From Candidatus Parcubacteria bacterium (GTDB taxonomy: Bacteria; Patescibacteriota; Patescibacteriia; CAIXNZ01): 35,482 nt of DNA. The DNA lies in the NCBI GenBank assembly GCA_026395675.1, contig JAPLYF010000030.1, positions 1 to 35,482 on the forward strand, in the 5' to 3' direction. The translations under genes and the position numbers were made by a program. Of this stretch, positions 9,009 to 17,363 are shown one piece after another. The notes under the pieces were generated by a model. It was given only the letters and a program-made list of their open reading frames with translations, ran no database searches and was not told the origin of the DNA. Numbering within the stretch: the stretch's first letter is position 1; each line of letters begins with the position of its first letter.

Positions 9009-10514
9009 TTATTTTCTCGCTTTAGGCGTGACAAAAAAACCCAAATATTTGCCAATCATCAGGCGCGTCTGGGCCTCAAAAGCTGGCAGGGCTCCAAAAA
9101 TAACTATATTGATTGGCAGCAAAATCCATTGCGCCAGCATAATCAGCCATTTGTATTTAGGGTGCTGTTCTGGCCTAGGCGGTAATAATTTTAAGCTTAA
9201 AATAGCAGAAACAATTATACCTATCATGCCAATACGCATTAAATTCTGTAAAACAAAAGGTGCATTTTGCGCAATGACAGTTGCTTTGATCGCTGGCCCA
9301 GCCACATAAAGTGGTAAACGGCCTAAGACAAAAAGGATCAGTGGCGCAGTTGCCCAGGAATACATGCCTTCACCCAGATTCCAAATATATTTAACTCGAG
9401 TTTTAAAAGGGATCAAATCTTTCTTTTTGTGGAAATGATATAACATATAAGGAAAATGTTCCACACCCCAGCCCCACCTTCTCTGTTGTTTATATAAATT
9501 TTTAAATCCGTCCCAGATTGAAGTCTCAGAAATTACTGTATCCATTGAAACAGGAATATAAATTGGAGTTACCTCATAATCGCCATTATAATTGATAAAG
9601 CACTGCAGAAAAATCCTGGAATCATCAGTCACAATATCTTTTTCCCAAAAACCAACATCAACCAGCGCTTTGAAACTCATGGCATGGGAAGAAAAAGTGT
9701 AAAGCCGATCAGGTCTCATTAATTCAGCCAAAAGCCAGAAGACCGTGGAAAAAGCTGTTATTCTCATGGGCGCCGGAGCATCCCAAATATTATTATTGTA
9801 TAAAACCGCTGGCTGGAAAGATGATCTGGTTGGATTGGGGTGAGTCGCGTAAGCATACGTCAGATAATCAAGATATTTTTGATGTGCTGAAGTATCGCAG
9901 TCAAAATAAGAAACAATAATTTTTTCATAAGGCAAACCCAAGCTGTCAATCATTTCTTTGCTTTTCCAGCCCACCCAATTGGCATTAGCGCCCTTGGCTT
10001 TAATCTCCCCTTCCAAACCATCTGGATGCAAAGTTGTTAAAAGTTTAAAAAATTTATGGCCAAAATTTTCCTTAATTTTTGGTTCAACTGCTTCATAGAC
10101 CTCTTTTTTTCTTTCCTCCCAGGAAATGGCAATCATAATTTTATCAGTCGGATAGCCACAAGCCAAAATTCCATTTAAAGTGGTTTCTAAAACTTCATAG
10201 GGTTCAGAATAAGTCGGCAGAATAAATAAATGATAATATTCCTGCCAATTTGGCAAGGACTCTCTTTTTGCCCGCCAATCAATTTTAATTTGCTTAGCAA
10301 AAGTGCGGGCTGACAAAATTGAATAAAAAACAAAATAAAAAAGACGCAAAACCCAATATAATGAATAAACAATAACAAAATATATAACCCAAAGCGGTTT
10401 AATAAAAGAGAAAACAACTGAACCAATAATAGTACCCCAGACCATTAAACCCGGGATATATTCGCGTCTTCTGTATTTTTTTCTTTCCGCTGGCGTAAAT
10501 TTATCTAAATGCAT
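9009..10514 (-). CDS. Membrane-integrated processive GT2 (cellulose-synthase-like) glycosyltransferase
   Basis: KAKGANAN, DCD, TDD and QQRRW (D,D,D,QxxRW pattern) flanked by TM helices. Confidence 0.85.
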   Translation of the reverse strand: MHLDKFTPAERKKYRRREYIPGLMVWGTIIGSVVFSFIKPLWVIYFVIVYSLYWVLRLFYFVFYSILSARTFAKQIKIDWRAKRESLPNWQEYYHLFILPTYSEPYEVLETTLNGILACGYPTDKIMIAISWEERKKEVYEAVEPKIKENFGHKFFKLLTTLHPDGLEGEIKAKGANANWVGWKSKEMIDSLGLPYEKIIVSYFDCDTSAHQKYLDYLTYAYATHPNPTRSSFQPAVLYNNNIWDAPAPMRITAFSTVFWLLAELMRPDRLYTFSSHAMSFKALVDVGFWEKDIVTDDSRIFLQCFINYNGDYEVTPIYIPVSMDTVISETSIWDGFKNLYKQQRRWGWGVEHFPYMLYHFHKKKDLIPFKTRVKYIWNLGEGMYSWATAPLILFVLGRLPLYVAGPAIKATVIAQNAPFVLQNLMRIGMIGIIVSAILSLKLLPPRPEQHPKYKWLIMLAQWILLPINIVIFGALPAFEAQTRLMIGKYLGFFVTPKARK

Positions 10515-10519
10515 AACTC

Positions 10520-10614
10520 CTACGAATTACGAATAATTTACGAATTTACAAATTTTTAATTTAAATCCCTCCTTACCCTTCTTATTCATCATCCGAAGCT
10601 TTAGCGTAGGATGA
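10520..10614. repeat. Half scaffold (TACGAAT repeats) plus a family A variant at 10589-10614
   Basis: CTACGAATTACGAATAATTTACGAATTTACAAAT; minus strand reads TCAT CCTACG CTAAAG CTTCGG ATGA. Confidence 0.7.
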
Positions 10615-10630
10615 CCCTTCTTTCCTTTTT

Positions 10631-10909
10631 TTATTTTATTTTAAATCCCTCAAGCCCACCAACATAAGGCAACCATTTAATTTCCACTTTTTCAACCAAA
10701 GCCGAATCTGGTCCCGATCTGCACCATTCAGCTAATTTCTCGAGATTAATCTTGTCGCCTTCAGCCAGACATTCAACTGTCCCCAGATCATTATTTTTGA
10801 CCCAGCCAGTTAAACCGAGCTTTTTAGCCATTTTCTGGGTTTCAAAACGAAAAAAGACGCCCTGAACTCGGCCGTGAATTACTAATAGAACTTGGGCTTT
10901 ATCAGCCAT
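10631..10909 (-). CDS. acyP: Acylphosphatase
   Basis: GRVQGVFFR and LTGWVKN signatures. Confidence 0.95.
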   Translation of the reverse strand: MADKAQVLLVIHGRVQGVFFRFETQKMAKKLGLTGWVKNNDLGTVECLAEGDKINLEKLAEWCRSGPDSALVEKVEIKWLPYVGGLEGFKIK

Positions 10910-11048
10910 AAATATTACTTTTAAAATAACATTTTAAGCAAAAAAAATCAAGAAAAAATATTTTGAAAAACCTTGCCTACTTGACTAAATTTAGCTAAAA
11001 TTAAATTAGATAAAGATTAGAATTAGCTTAATAATTTAAAAACGACTT

Positions 11049-11975
11049 ATGTCCATAATCAGCGTACTTGTAGTTGTTTTTGGCTTATCTTTATTTGAAG
11101 CAATCTCCAGCATTGATAATGCTGTAATAAATGCAGATGTCTTGGCTACCATGCAGCCAAAAGCCAGGCAATGGTTCTTATCATGGGGTTTACTTTTTGC
11201 AGTTTTTGTAATTAGAGGATTTCTACCCTGGCTGATTGTCTGGCTGACTAATCCGACTCTTGGCTTTATCGGCTCTTTCACAGCTACCTTTAGCAGCGAT
11301 CCGAAAATATTGAAAGCCATTGAATTCTCCTCGCCAATTTTGCTTATCGGGGGCGGCACATTTTTAGTTTTTATCTTTTTTAATTGGTTGTTTTTAGAAG
11401 AAAAAAAATTTGGGTTAATCGGTGAGAAATTTATCTATGCCCAGGGCATCTGGTTTTATGCCGTTATTTCTATTTTATTGGCTATCATTGTCTGGTATGG
11501 CCTGAAAATAAATCCGCTGATTGCTTTTGGTTCGGTTGTGGGCTCAACCGCTTTTTTTATCACTCATGGTTTTAAACAAAACGCTGAAAAAGCTGAAAAA
11601 GAACTCATGCAAAAAAAAGATTTAACTGATCTAAGCAAAATACTTTATCTGGAAGTAATAGATGCGACATTTTCTATTGACGGCGTTTTGGGTGCTTTTG
11701 CCTTTACTCTGGCCGTGCCTCTGATCATAATTGGCAATGGCTTTGGCGCCTTGATAGTCAGACAATTAACTGTCCATAACGTAGAGAAAATAAAAAAATA
11801 TGTTTATTTAAAAAATGGCGCTATGTATTCAATCTTATTTTTAGGGAGTATAATGATTCTGAGCAGCTTAGGCCTTAAAACACCAGAATGGCTCTCGCCT
11901 CTAATTACTTTCCTAACAGTCGGCTATTTTTTCTGGAAATCAAAAATTTATTTAAAAAATAATTCTAATACTTAA
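11049..11975 (+). CDS. DUF475/TerC-like integral membrane protein
   Basis: EAISSIDNAVINA and LYLEVIDATFSIDGV motifs; multiple TMs. Confidence 0.88.
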   Translation: MSIISVLVVVFGLSLFEAISSIDNAVINADVLATMQPKARQWFLSWGLLFAVFVIRGFLPWLIVWLTNPTLGFIGSFTATFSSDPKILKAIEFSSPILLIGGGTFLVFIFFNWLFLEEKKFGLIGEKFIYAQGIWFYAVISILLAIIVWYGLKINPLIAFGSVVGSTAFFITHGFKQNAEKAEKELMQKKDLTDLSKILYLEVIDATFSIDGVLGAFAFTLAVPLIIIGNGFGALIVRQLTVHNVEKIKKYVYLKNGAMYSILFLGSIMILSSLGLKTPEWLSPLITFLTVGYFFWKSKIYLKNNSNT

Positions 11976-11976
11976 T

Positions 11977-12588
11977 ATGGCAAAAATTACAATTATCGCT
12001 ATCAATGGCTCACCGCGTAAAAACGGTAAAACCGCAGAACTATTAAAAAAATTTCTGGTTCTGCTCAAAAGAAAAGGCGCCAAAACAACTTTTTTAAATT
12101 TAAGTGATTACAAAATTAATCACTGCCTCGGCTGCTACAGCAAAAGTCCGAGCGCTTGTAAGTTTCCCTGCGTGCAAAAAGATGATATGCAAAAAATTTA
12201 TCCGCTTTTGCTGGCTAGCGATGTCATAATTTTAGGCAGCCCGATTTATTGGTTTAATATGAGCGGTCTGATGAAGAATTTTATTGACCGCTTAACCTGC
12301 CTGGCTACAAGCGGGTATTTATTGGAAAATAAAGTTGGTCTTTCCTTAGCAGTTTCCAGCGAGAATGAAGGCGGACGGGTCAGCGCCAGCTTGAGCATGG
12401 CTAGCGCTTTAAACCATCTGGGCTTATTAATCCCGCCTTATGGAATTTTATATTTTCCAGGCCGAGAAAAGCTTAATCAAAAAGGCAAAGTGATCTGGGA
12501 CAATTGGCTAACCAACGAAATGCCCAAAATCAGCAACAACCTGATCAAGCTCTGCCAATTTTTGAAAAAAGCCAAATTTCAGTGGTAA
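11977..12588 (+). CDS. Flavodoxin family / iron-sulfur flavoprotein (NADPH-dependent FMN reductase fold)
   Basis: INGSPRKNGKT, CLGC...C...C, GSPIYW, MKNFIDR. Confidence 0.88.
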   Translation: MAKITIIAINGSPRKNGKTAELLKKFLVLLKRKGAKTTFLNLSDYKINHCLGCYSKSPSACKFPCVQKDDMQKIYPLLLASDVIILGSPIYWFNMSGLMKNFIDRLTCLATSGYLLENKVGLSLAVSSENEGGRVSASLSMASALNHLGLLIPPYGILYFPGREKLNQKGKVIWDNWLTNEMPKISNNLIKLCQFLKKAKFQW

Positions 12589-12612
12589 TTAATTATAAAA
12601 TTTAATAATTTT

Positions 12613-12642
12613 AAAAGGCGTGAAAAAATTTCACGCCTTTTT
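12613..12642. terminator. Bidirectional intrinsic terminator
   Basis: AAAAGGCGTGAAA-AAA-TTTCACGCCTTTT between convergent genes. Confidence 0.85.
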
Positions 12643-12648
12643 AGGACC

Positions 12649-13428
12649 TTAAAGTCCCAAAACATTATTCATGGTATAAAGACCGGGTTTTGCCACATGC
12701 ACAATCCATTTGACTGCCTTGATCGCACCCAGGGCAAAAATCTTGCGGGAAAGCGCCCGGTGATGAATTTCAATCATCTCATCAGGCCCGAGAAAATAAA
12801 TCGTGTGTTCGCCTGGCACTGTTCCACCGCGAATGGCATGCACAACCACTTCGTTAATGGGACGATTGTCACTTTTGCCTTTTGCCCGGCCAAAGACAAT
12901 TTCTCCGCCCTTGGCCTTAACCAGTGTCTGCGCAAAGCGTAAAGCTGTGCCCGAAGGAAAATCTTTTTTCTGGTCATGATGGATTTCCACCATTTCAATG
13001 GCAAAGCCAGTTAACGTGGCAGCAATTTTCGGCAACAAGGCGTCAATCAAATTGACACCCAAGCTCATGTTAGAGTCAAAGACAATAGGAATTCTACTCT
13101 TGGCCAAACGCGCCAGTTCTTTTTTCTGATATTCGTTTAAGCCAGTTGTACCCGTCACTAAAGGAATTGAATGTTCCGCACACCAGATGGCCGATAACAA
13201 GGTGGCTTCGGGATTAGTGAAATTAATCACTACGTCTATGGCTGCTACATGCTCATGATCCAAATCATTTATTGCTCTTTTTATTTTTAGATCAACATCC
13301 CCTTGGTCAAAATCAGGATCAACAGCGACCTCTAATTCCAGATCCTTATCATCTTTAATAATTTCATTTATTTCACCTGCCATGCGACCTAAAGCGCCGA
13401 CCAAACAGACACAGACAGGATTTCCCAT
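12649..13428 (-). CDS. dapB: 4-hydroxy-tetrahydrodipicolinate reductase
   Basis: GALGRM, GTTG, NMSLGVN, EIHHDQKKDFPSGTA; start moved to ATG 13428, behind AAGGAG. Confidence 0.93.
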   Translation of the reverse strand: MGNPVCVCLVGALGRMAGEINEIIKDDKDLELEVAVDPDFDQGDVDLKIKRAINDLDHEHVAAIDVVINFTNPEATLLSAIWCAEHSIPLVTGTTGLNEYQKKELARLAKSRIPIVFDSNMSLGVNLIDALLPKIAATLTGFAIEMVEIHHDQKKDFPSGTALRFAQTLVKAKGGEIVFGRAKGKSDNRPINEVVVHAIRGGTVPGEHTIYFLGPDEMIEIHHRALSRKIFALGAIKAVKWIVHVAKPGLYTMNNVLGL

Positions 13429-13447
13429 TTTTCTTACTCCTTTCTCT

Positions 13448-13942
13448 TTAGATTTCAAAATGCATTTTAACTTCTGCAAATGAGAAGAAAAATATTCCGC
13501 CGCTAGCGCGGATAAAATATTCTAATTGCAAGCTCATAATGCAGGCTGAATTTTCACCGCTGGGCCGAAAATCATTGCGATAAGCATCACATCTTTTGCC
13601 CAAAGCATAGCCAAAACCACATTCAGCAGCAGCGCCTGCATCCTGATCAGGACCATCAGCAATTGCCAGAATGCGATCACAGGCTCTGATATGCTCTACA
13701 TTGCCAAAGCCAATCTGAAAATTTATGGCCTGCATTTCTTTAAGTATTTGGGCTGGTGAAACACTTGGCTTGTCAGATCGCAATTCCTGTTCTAATTCTG
13801 CCAATCTCAGGCCTTTATCCTTGGCTTTTTCAAAAGGCAAAATTAATTCAAATTTTTTGGCCAAAATGTCAATTAATGGCTGAATACCATTCCTATCAAT
13901 TTCTTTGAATCCATAACTACCGGCTAAATATAATTTTTCCAC
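13448..13942 (-). CDS. Nucleoside 2-deoxyribosyltransferase family protein
   Basis: LYLAG, DGPDQDAGAAAECGFGYALGK, DFR; likely GTG start at 13942, behind AGGAGG. Confidence 0.8.
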   Translation of the reverse strand: MEKLYLAGSYGFKEIDRNGIQPLIDILAKKFELILPFEKAKDKGLRLAELEQELRSDKPSVSPAQILKEMQAINFQIGFGNVEHIRACDRILAIADGPDQDAGAAAECGFGYALGKRCDAYRNDFRPSGENSACIMSLQLEYFIRASGGIFFFSFAEVKMHFEI

Positions 13943-14006
13943 TTCAAACCTCCTTGCCATCCGAATCTTCATGCGAAAGATGGCCTTAATTTTCAAAGAT
14001 TAATTT

Positions 14007-14035
14007 AACTTAGCAGAAGTTTAATTATTTGTCAA
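14007..14035 (-). promoter_or_regulatory. Sigma70-type promoter with extended -10 for the NDT-dapB pair
   Basis: TTGACA-17 bp-TAAGTT preceded by TGC. Confidence 0.7.
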
Positions 14036-14050
14036 TGATTTTGGTTATGA

Positions 14051-14170
14051 GGTTACAAATCTACAGATTAGCTACCTGCCTGCCGGCAGGCAGGCTAATC
14101 TACGAATATATCATGAATTAATTCGTATTATTCGTAATGATTTGTATATTCGTATCCCAAAATTCGTATT
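14051..14170. repeat. Junction scaffold with CCTGCCTGCCGGCAGGCAGG (14075-14094)
   Basis: GGTTACAAATCTAC...ATTCGTATCC with repeated ATTCGTA units. Confidence 0.8.
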
Positions 14171-14174
14171 AATT

Positions 14175-14205
14175 AAAAAAGGGCAAGGATTTCTCCTCGC
14201 CCTTT
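14175..14205 (-). terminator. Intrinsic terminator of the beta-barrel-like gene
   Basis: AAAGGGC..GCCCTTT stem with a minus-strand U tract. Confidence 0.7.
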
Positions 14206-14211
14206 GATTGT

Positions 14212-14796
14212 TTAAAATTTTAAGGACAATTTAACGCGGAAAAGATTTGCATCTCTGCCGCCTTGTTCAAAGGAATAGAAGTAGATCAAGGCCAATGAGG
14301 CATGTTCGGAAAACGGGATCCGGAAGCTGGGACCGACTTGGTAAATCTGGTCCTGCTTCTGATAGAAATAATTCCTGTTGTCTATACCGATTCGGCCAAT
14401 CCACAAGGGATAAGTCAAATCCGTGTAGAAAAAATGGCAATTAAGGCCCTGCCAGTATTCGTAGTCGCTCTCCCAGTTAAACTTACCGAGTTTAACCAAA
14501 GGCGCGATACCATAGACAAATCCTTGTTTTGCTGTTTCTTTTTCAAACCCATAGCCAAGCAAAATCTCCGCATTAAAATTTTTGTTCAGCTTAAGGTTTG
14601 CGCCCAGATAGCCGTACGGATAAGACACCATCAGGTTGTTAATGTTCAGATGGAACATCAAATCCACTTTTGGGTTTAGAGTACGGCTGCCATTTAGGCC
14701 AAGGGCCAGTTCCTGCTTGTTTTCCACTGCCTTTGCCTCGGTAAAAGCCAGGGCTATCACCAAAATGGCAACAGCCACAAACAAATTCCTTCTCAT
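14212..14796 (-). CDS. Secreted protein with outer-membrane beta-barrel-like pattern
   Basis: Signal peptide ending AKA; alternating aromatic/Gly strands; C-terminus RVKLSLKF. Confidence 0.6.
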   Translation of the reverse strand: MRRNLFVAVAILVIALAFTEAKAVENKQELALGLNGSRTLNPKVDLMFHLNINNLMVSYPYGYLGANLKLNKNFNAEILLGYGFEKETAKQGFVYGIAPLVKLGKFNWESDYEYWQGLNCHFFYTDLTYPLWIGRIGIDNRNYFYQKQDQIYQVGPSFRIPFSEHASLALIYFYSFEQGGRDANLFRVKLSLKF

Positions 14797-14809
14797 TTTT
14801 GTTCTCCCT

Positions 14810-14850
14810 GCCCTCCGTAGCTCCGAGTAAGACGAGGAGCGAAGGAGGGC
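14810..14850. repeat. Family A variant
   Basis: Minus strand: GCCCT CCTTCG CTCC...GGAG CTACGG AGGGC. Confidence 0.7.
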
Positions 14851-14881
14851 CTTTTACCGGAAGAACTTTTTCTCCCGGTTG

Positions 14882-16228
14882 TTAAACGGTTAGCGGTTGA
14901 AAAACTTTTGCCGCGCCGAGAAACAACCGAGAAATCGGAATATGCTCAATCTTTTTAGCAAACCCCTTAAACTTTAAAGTAATCTTTAACAGCACCAGGT
15001 AAAGTACTGTTAAAAAATTACTCAAAATGGGTTCGTACACAGGCAGAGCCCAGGTCGGATTCTGATTTTCATCATTATCCGGCGGGCCAATACTTTGATG
15101 ATCAAAATTTTGCATAGCCACTATCTGAACCTGTGAGTAAAAATGAGCATTGATTTTTTCAGAATGTTTGGCTGCCAAAACAATGGCTGGTTGAAGCAAG
15201 ATCCCCAGAAATAAACTCAAGTAAGCAGCGGCCAAAGATTTACGGACAATTAAAGGAGTAATTTCAAATTCTTTTATTCCCTTAATCGCTTTTTCAAAAT
15301 CTTTGACCGGCGCTTTGGCTTTGGACCGCAAAATCTCTTCTTCCATATCTGACAGCTGATAACCGATTAGCTGATAACGCAGATATTCTGCTTTTAACCG
15401 ATTATACCTGACCATTTCAGCTGTAGTTTCATAGAGAGGATATTTCAAACAGTAAAATGGCCATAATATCACTCGGAGCAAAAATCTTTCTGGGCAAAGC
15501 AGTAATTCTTCTTTGAATGAAAGATTACCAGGAAATGGCTCTTCAACATCAATAAACCTACCGAGTTCATGATGATGTCGCTGGAATTTCCTGATTGACT
15601 GCTTGTGTTCCTCAAAACGAATCATGTAAATCAGTAACCAAAAGAACATCAAAAGCAGATATTTGGGCCATAACCATTTCAGGAGATCTTTAAGAGTTTG
15701 CCAGCCAGAACACAAATCTCTATGTGGCGGTGCTTCACCATGACGAATGGCAATTCGCGTTTGTACCTCATCAATGAACTTTATTTGTTCGGCTGTGAGC
15801 TTTATGTTTAAACGCCCATTACTTTTAAAATCCCTAATTTTTACAAGTTCGGATAAGGCCGGGTAATTTAACGTGGTAAGGAAAAAATTGTATTTATCCT
15901 CCAGATCCATCAGTTGGTTGTAATTTTTGAAATAATCATAAGTGCTATAGCTCTCGCCTTTTGACTTGGCTTCTGCCCAAATTACTTCGATTTCTTTTTT
16001 GGCCGCTTCTTTACGAGCTTTCCATTGCTCAAACTCTGGCCCTTCATAAGTCGAAGGTCTGGTCCAATCGCCCAGTTTGCTGTCATGGTTTGGCAAATTA
16101 GTTAAGGCAGAGATTTCTCTGCAGGAATTAATCAGGTTTAATCCGCCAAGACTAACTCCAAAAAGTAAAACTAAAAAAATCTTAACCCAGATGCCATAAT
16201 TTTTCAGCCATTCTGACCGTTTAGCCAT
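14882..16228 (-). CDS. Hypothetical membrane protein, 448 aa
   Basis: Long ORF, AAGGAGGTG SD, own promoter (TTGACA 16317-16312, TGT-TAGAAT), several hydrophobic segments. Confidence 0.8.
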   Translation of the reverse strand: MAKRSEWLKNYGIWVKIFLVLLFGVSLGGLNLINSCREISALTNLPNHDSKLGDWTRPSTYEGPEFEQWKARKEAAKKEIEVIWAEAKSKGESYSTYDYFKNYNQLMDLEDKYNFFLTTLNYPALSELVKIRDFKSNGRLNIKLTAEQIKFIDEVQTRIAIRHGEAPPHRDLCSGWQTLKDLLKWLWPKYLLLMFFWLLIYMIRFEEHKQSIRKFQRHHHELGRFIDVEEPFPGNLSFKEELLLCPERFLLRVILWPFYCLKYPLYETTAEMVRYNRLKAEYLRYQLIGYQLSDMEEEILRSKAKAPVKDFEKAIKGIKEFEITPLIVRKSLAAAYLSLFLGILLQPAIVLAAKHSEKINAHFYSQVQIVAMQNFDHQSIGPPDNDENQNPTWALPVYEPILSNFLTVLYLVLLKITLKFKGFAKKIEHIPISRLFLGAAKVFQPLTV

Positions 16229-16319
16229 TTTTTCATCACCTCCTTTGTTTTGATTTAGACCTTTTTATTGTCAAAGTCCGAATGTTTAATTCTAACAAAA
16301 ACTGGAGAATCTGTCAATA

Positions 16320-16555
16320 TTAAAACAAAAACCCTCCGAATCCAATTTCGGAGGGTAGCAGCTTTAATTATCAAACTTAATTTCGTTCCGGTGTTTCGTC
16401 GCCCAGTTTTTAGGGCTTCCACTGTATCCGCTGATGGCTTTGTTTTACTTGGCAAATAGCCATTCAATAATCAAGGAAAAAGCTGCCATAAATACCTTAT
16501 TTACCTCCTGAGCTACCGCCTTTTAAACCAGTTTCAAAAGCTTCCGCAGTATTGT
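16320..16555 (-). ncRNA. Candidate small transcript (unit 2)
   Basis: TTGACA(16588-16583)-17-TAAGTT promoter; terminator ACCCTCCGAA..TTCGGAGGGT TTTT; no convincing long ORF. Confidence 0.55.
16445..16489 (-). CDS. Putative 14-aa hydrophobic peptide MAAFSLIIEWLFAK
   Basis: ATG 16489, TAA 16447-16445; AGGAGG at 16509-16504 separated from the ATG by a TAAATA/TATTTA hairpin. Confidence 0.35.
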   Translation of the reverse strand: MAAFSLIIEWLFAK

Positions 16556-16622
16556 TTCCAACTTAGCATATTTTTAAAAATTTGTCAAGAATCATATTTT
16601 AGGTTATTGATAAATGAAAATT

Positions 16623-16692
16623 ATTTGTATATTAGCGTTTGCATTCGCCTGCCTGCCGGCAGGCGGGTAAATTCGTATCCCAAAATTCGTAT
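16623..16692. repeat. Half scaffold with CCTGCCTGCCGGCAGGCGGG (16648-16667)
   Basis: Ends ATTCGTATCCCAAAATTCGTAT, identical to the end of the 14051-14170 copy. Confidence 0.75.
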
Positions 16693-16858
16693 AAAATAAA
16701 ATCCCTCTGAAAAATTCAGAGGGGGTTGGCAGCTTGTCAATAATTTTATCTATATAATCAGTTATTTTTTTATTTCTAAAGTAAATCAATAAGTTTATTA
16801 ACGCCGCTAAGCGCCGCCTGACTTTTTGGCTCTAATAAACTGCTTTCAGAGGGGATTA
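16693..16858 (-). ncRNA. Candidate small transcript (unit 1)
   Basis: TTGACA(16893-16888)-17-TAAGCT promoter; terminator CCCTCTGAA-TTT-TTCAGAGGG ATTTTATTTT; no ATG inside. Confidence 0.5.
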
Positions 16859-16927
16859 ATTCTTAGCTTAGCAAATTTTTATTAATCTGTCAACCCAGCC
16901 CTTCGCGAAGAGCTGGGTCAAGAATTT

Positions 16928-16952
16928 AAAAAACACCCCGCGTCGCGGGGTG
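16928..16952 (-). terminator. Intrinsic terminator closing the rseP-pheST run
   Basis: CACCCCGC-GAC-GCGGGGTG followed by TTTTTT. Confidence 0.8.
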
Positions 16953-16976
16953 CCAGCAATAAAATTTTTTATAAAA

Positions 16977-17270
16977 TTATTTTTTCTTTTTTGGCTTTTT
17001 CTCTTCGTGCCTTTCTTTTATATACTCTGCCACATTGGCAACAGTATCCACTAATAATTTCATATGACTAGAGGTATGCTCTAATTTTTCTTTCAATGCT
17101 ACAATCAAACTCTCCACCAGCTCAATTTTTTTTCTCACATCAGCAATAATCTTTTTAAACTCGCGTAAAATCATGGCCAGATAATAAATCGCCCAGCTCA
17201 TAAAAATCGTCAGCCAGAGTATACAGAAAGCAATGACCAAATATAAAATGTCGCTTGAATTATTAATCAT
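16977..17270 (-). CDS. Small membrane-anchored coiled-coil protein (DUF948-like architecture)
   Basis: N-terminal TM, helical body, basic tail. Confidence 0.75.
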   Translation of the reverse strand: MINNSSDILYLVIAFCILWLTIFMSWAIYYLAMILREFKKIIADVRKKIELVESLIVALKEKLEHTSSHMKLLVDTVANVAEYIKERHEEKKPKKKK

Positions 17271-17288
17271 ATGTTTAAATGTTTAAAT

Positions 17289-17350
17289 ATTTGTCATTTG
17301 TCCGGCTTCGGCGAGGCGAAGCCGAGACGAGTTATTTGTCATTTGATATT
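17289..17350. repeat. ATTTGTC heptamer tract interrupted by a GC hairpin
   Basis: ATTTGTCATTTG on both sides of CGGCTTCG-GCGAGG-CGAAGCCG (17303-17324). Confidence 0.65.
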
Positions 17351-17363
17351 CATAAATATTATA

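Noticed and set aside
10910-11048. yybP-ykoY (Mn) riboswitch upstream of the TerC-like gene
   Set aside because: The leader is short and very AT-rich and lacks the conserved core.
16381-16440. Hammerhead ribozyme suggested by GACGAAAC on the minus strand
   Set aside because: No matching CTGANGA core on the same strand.
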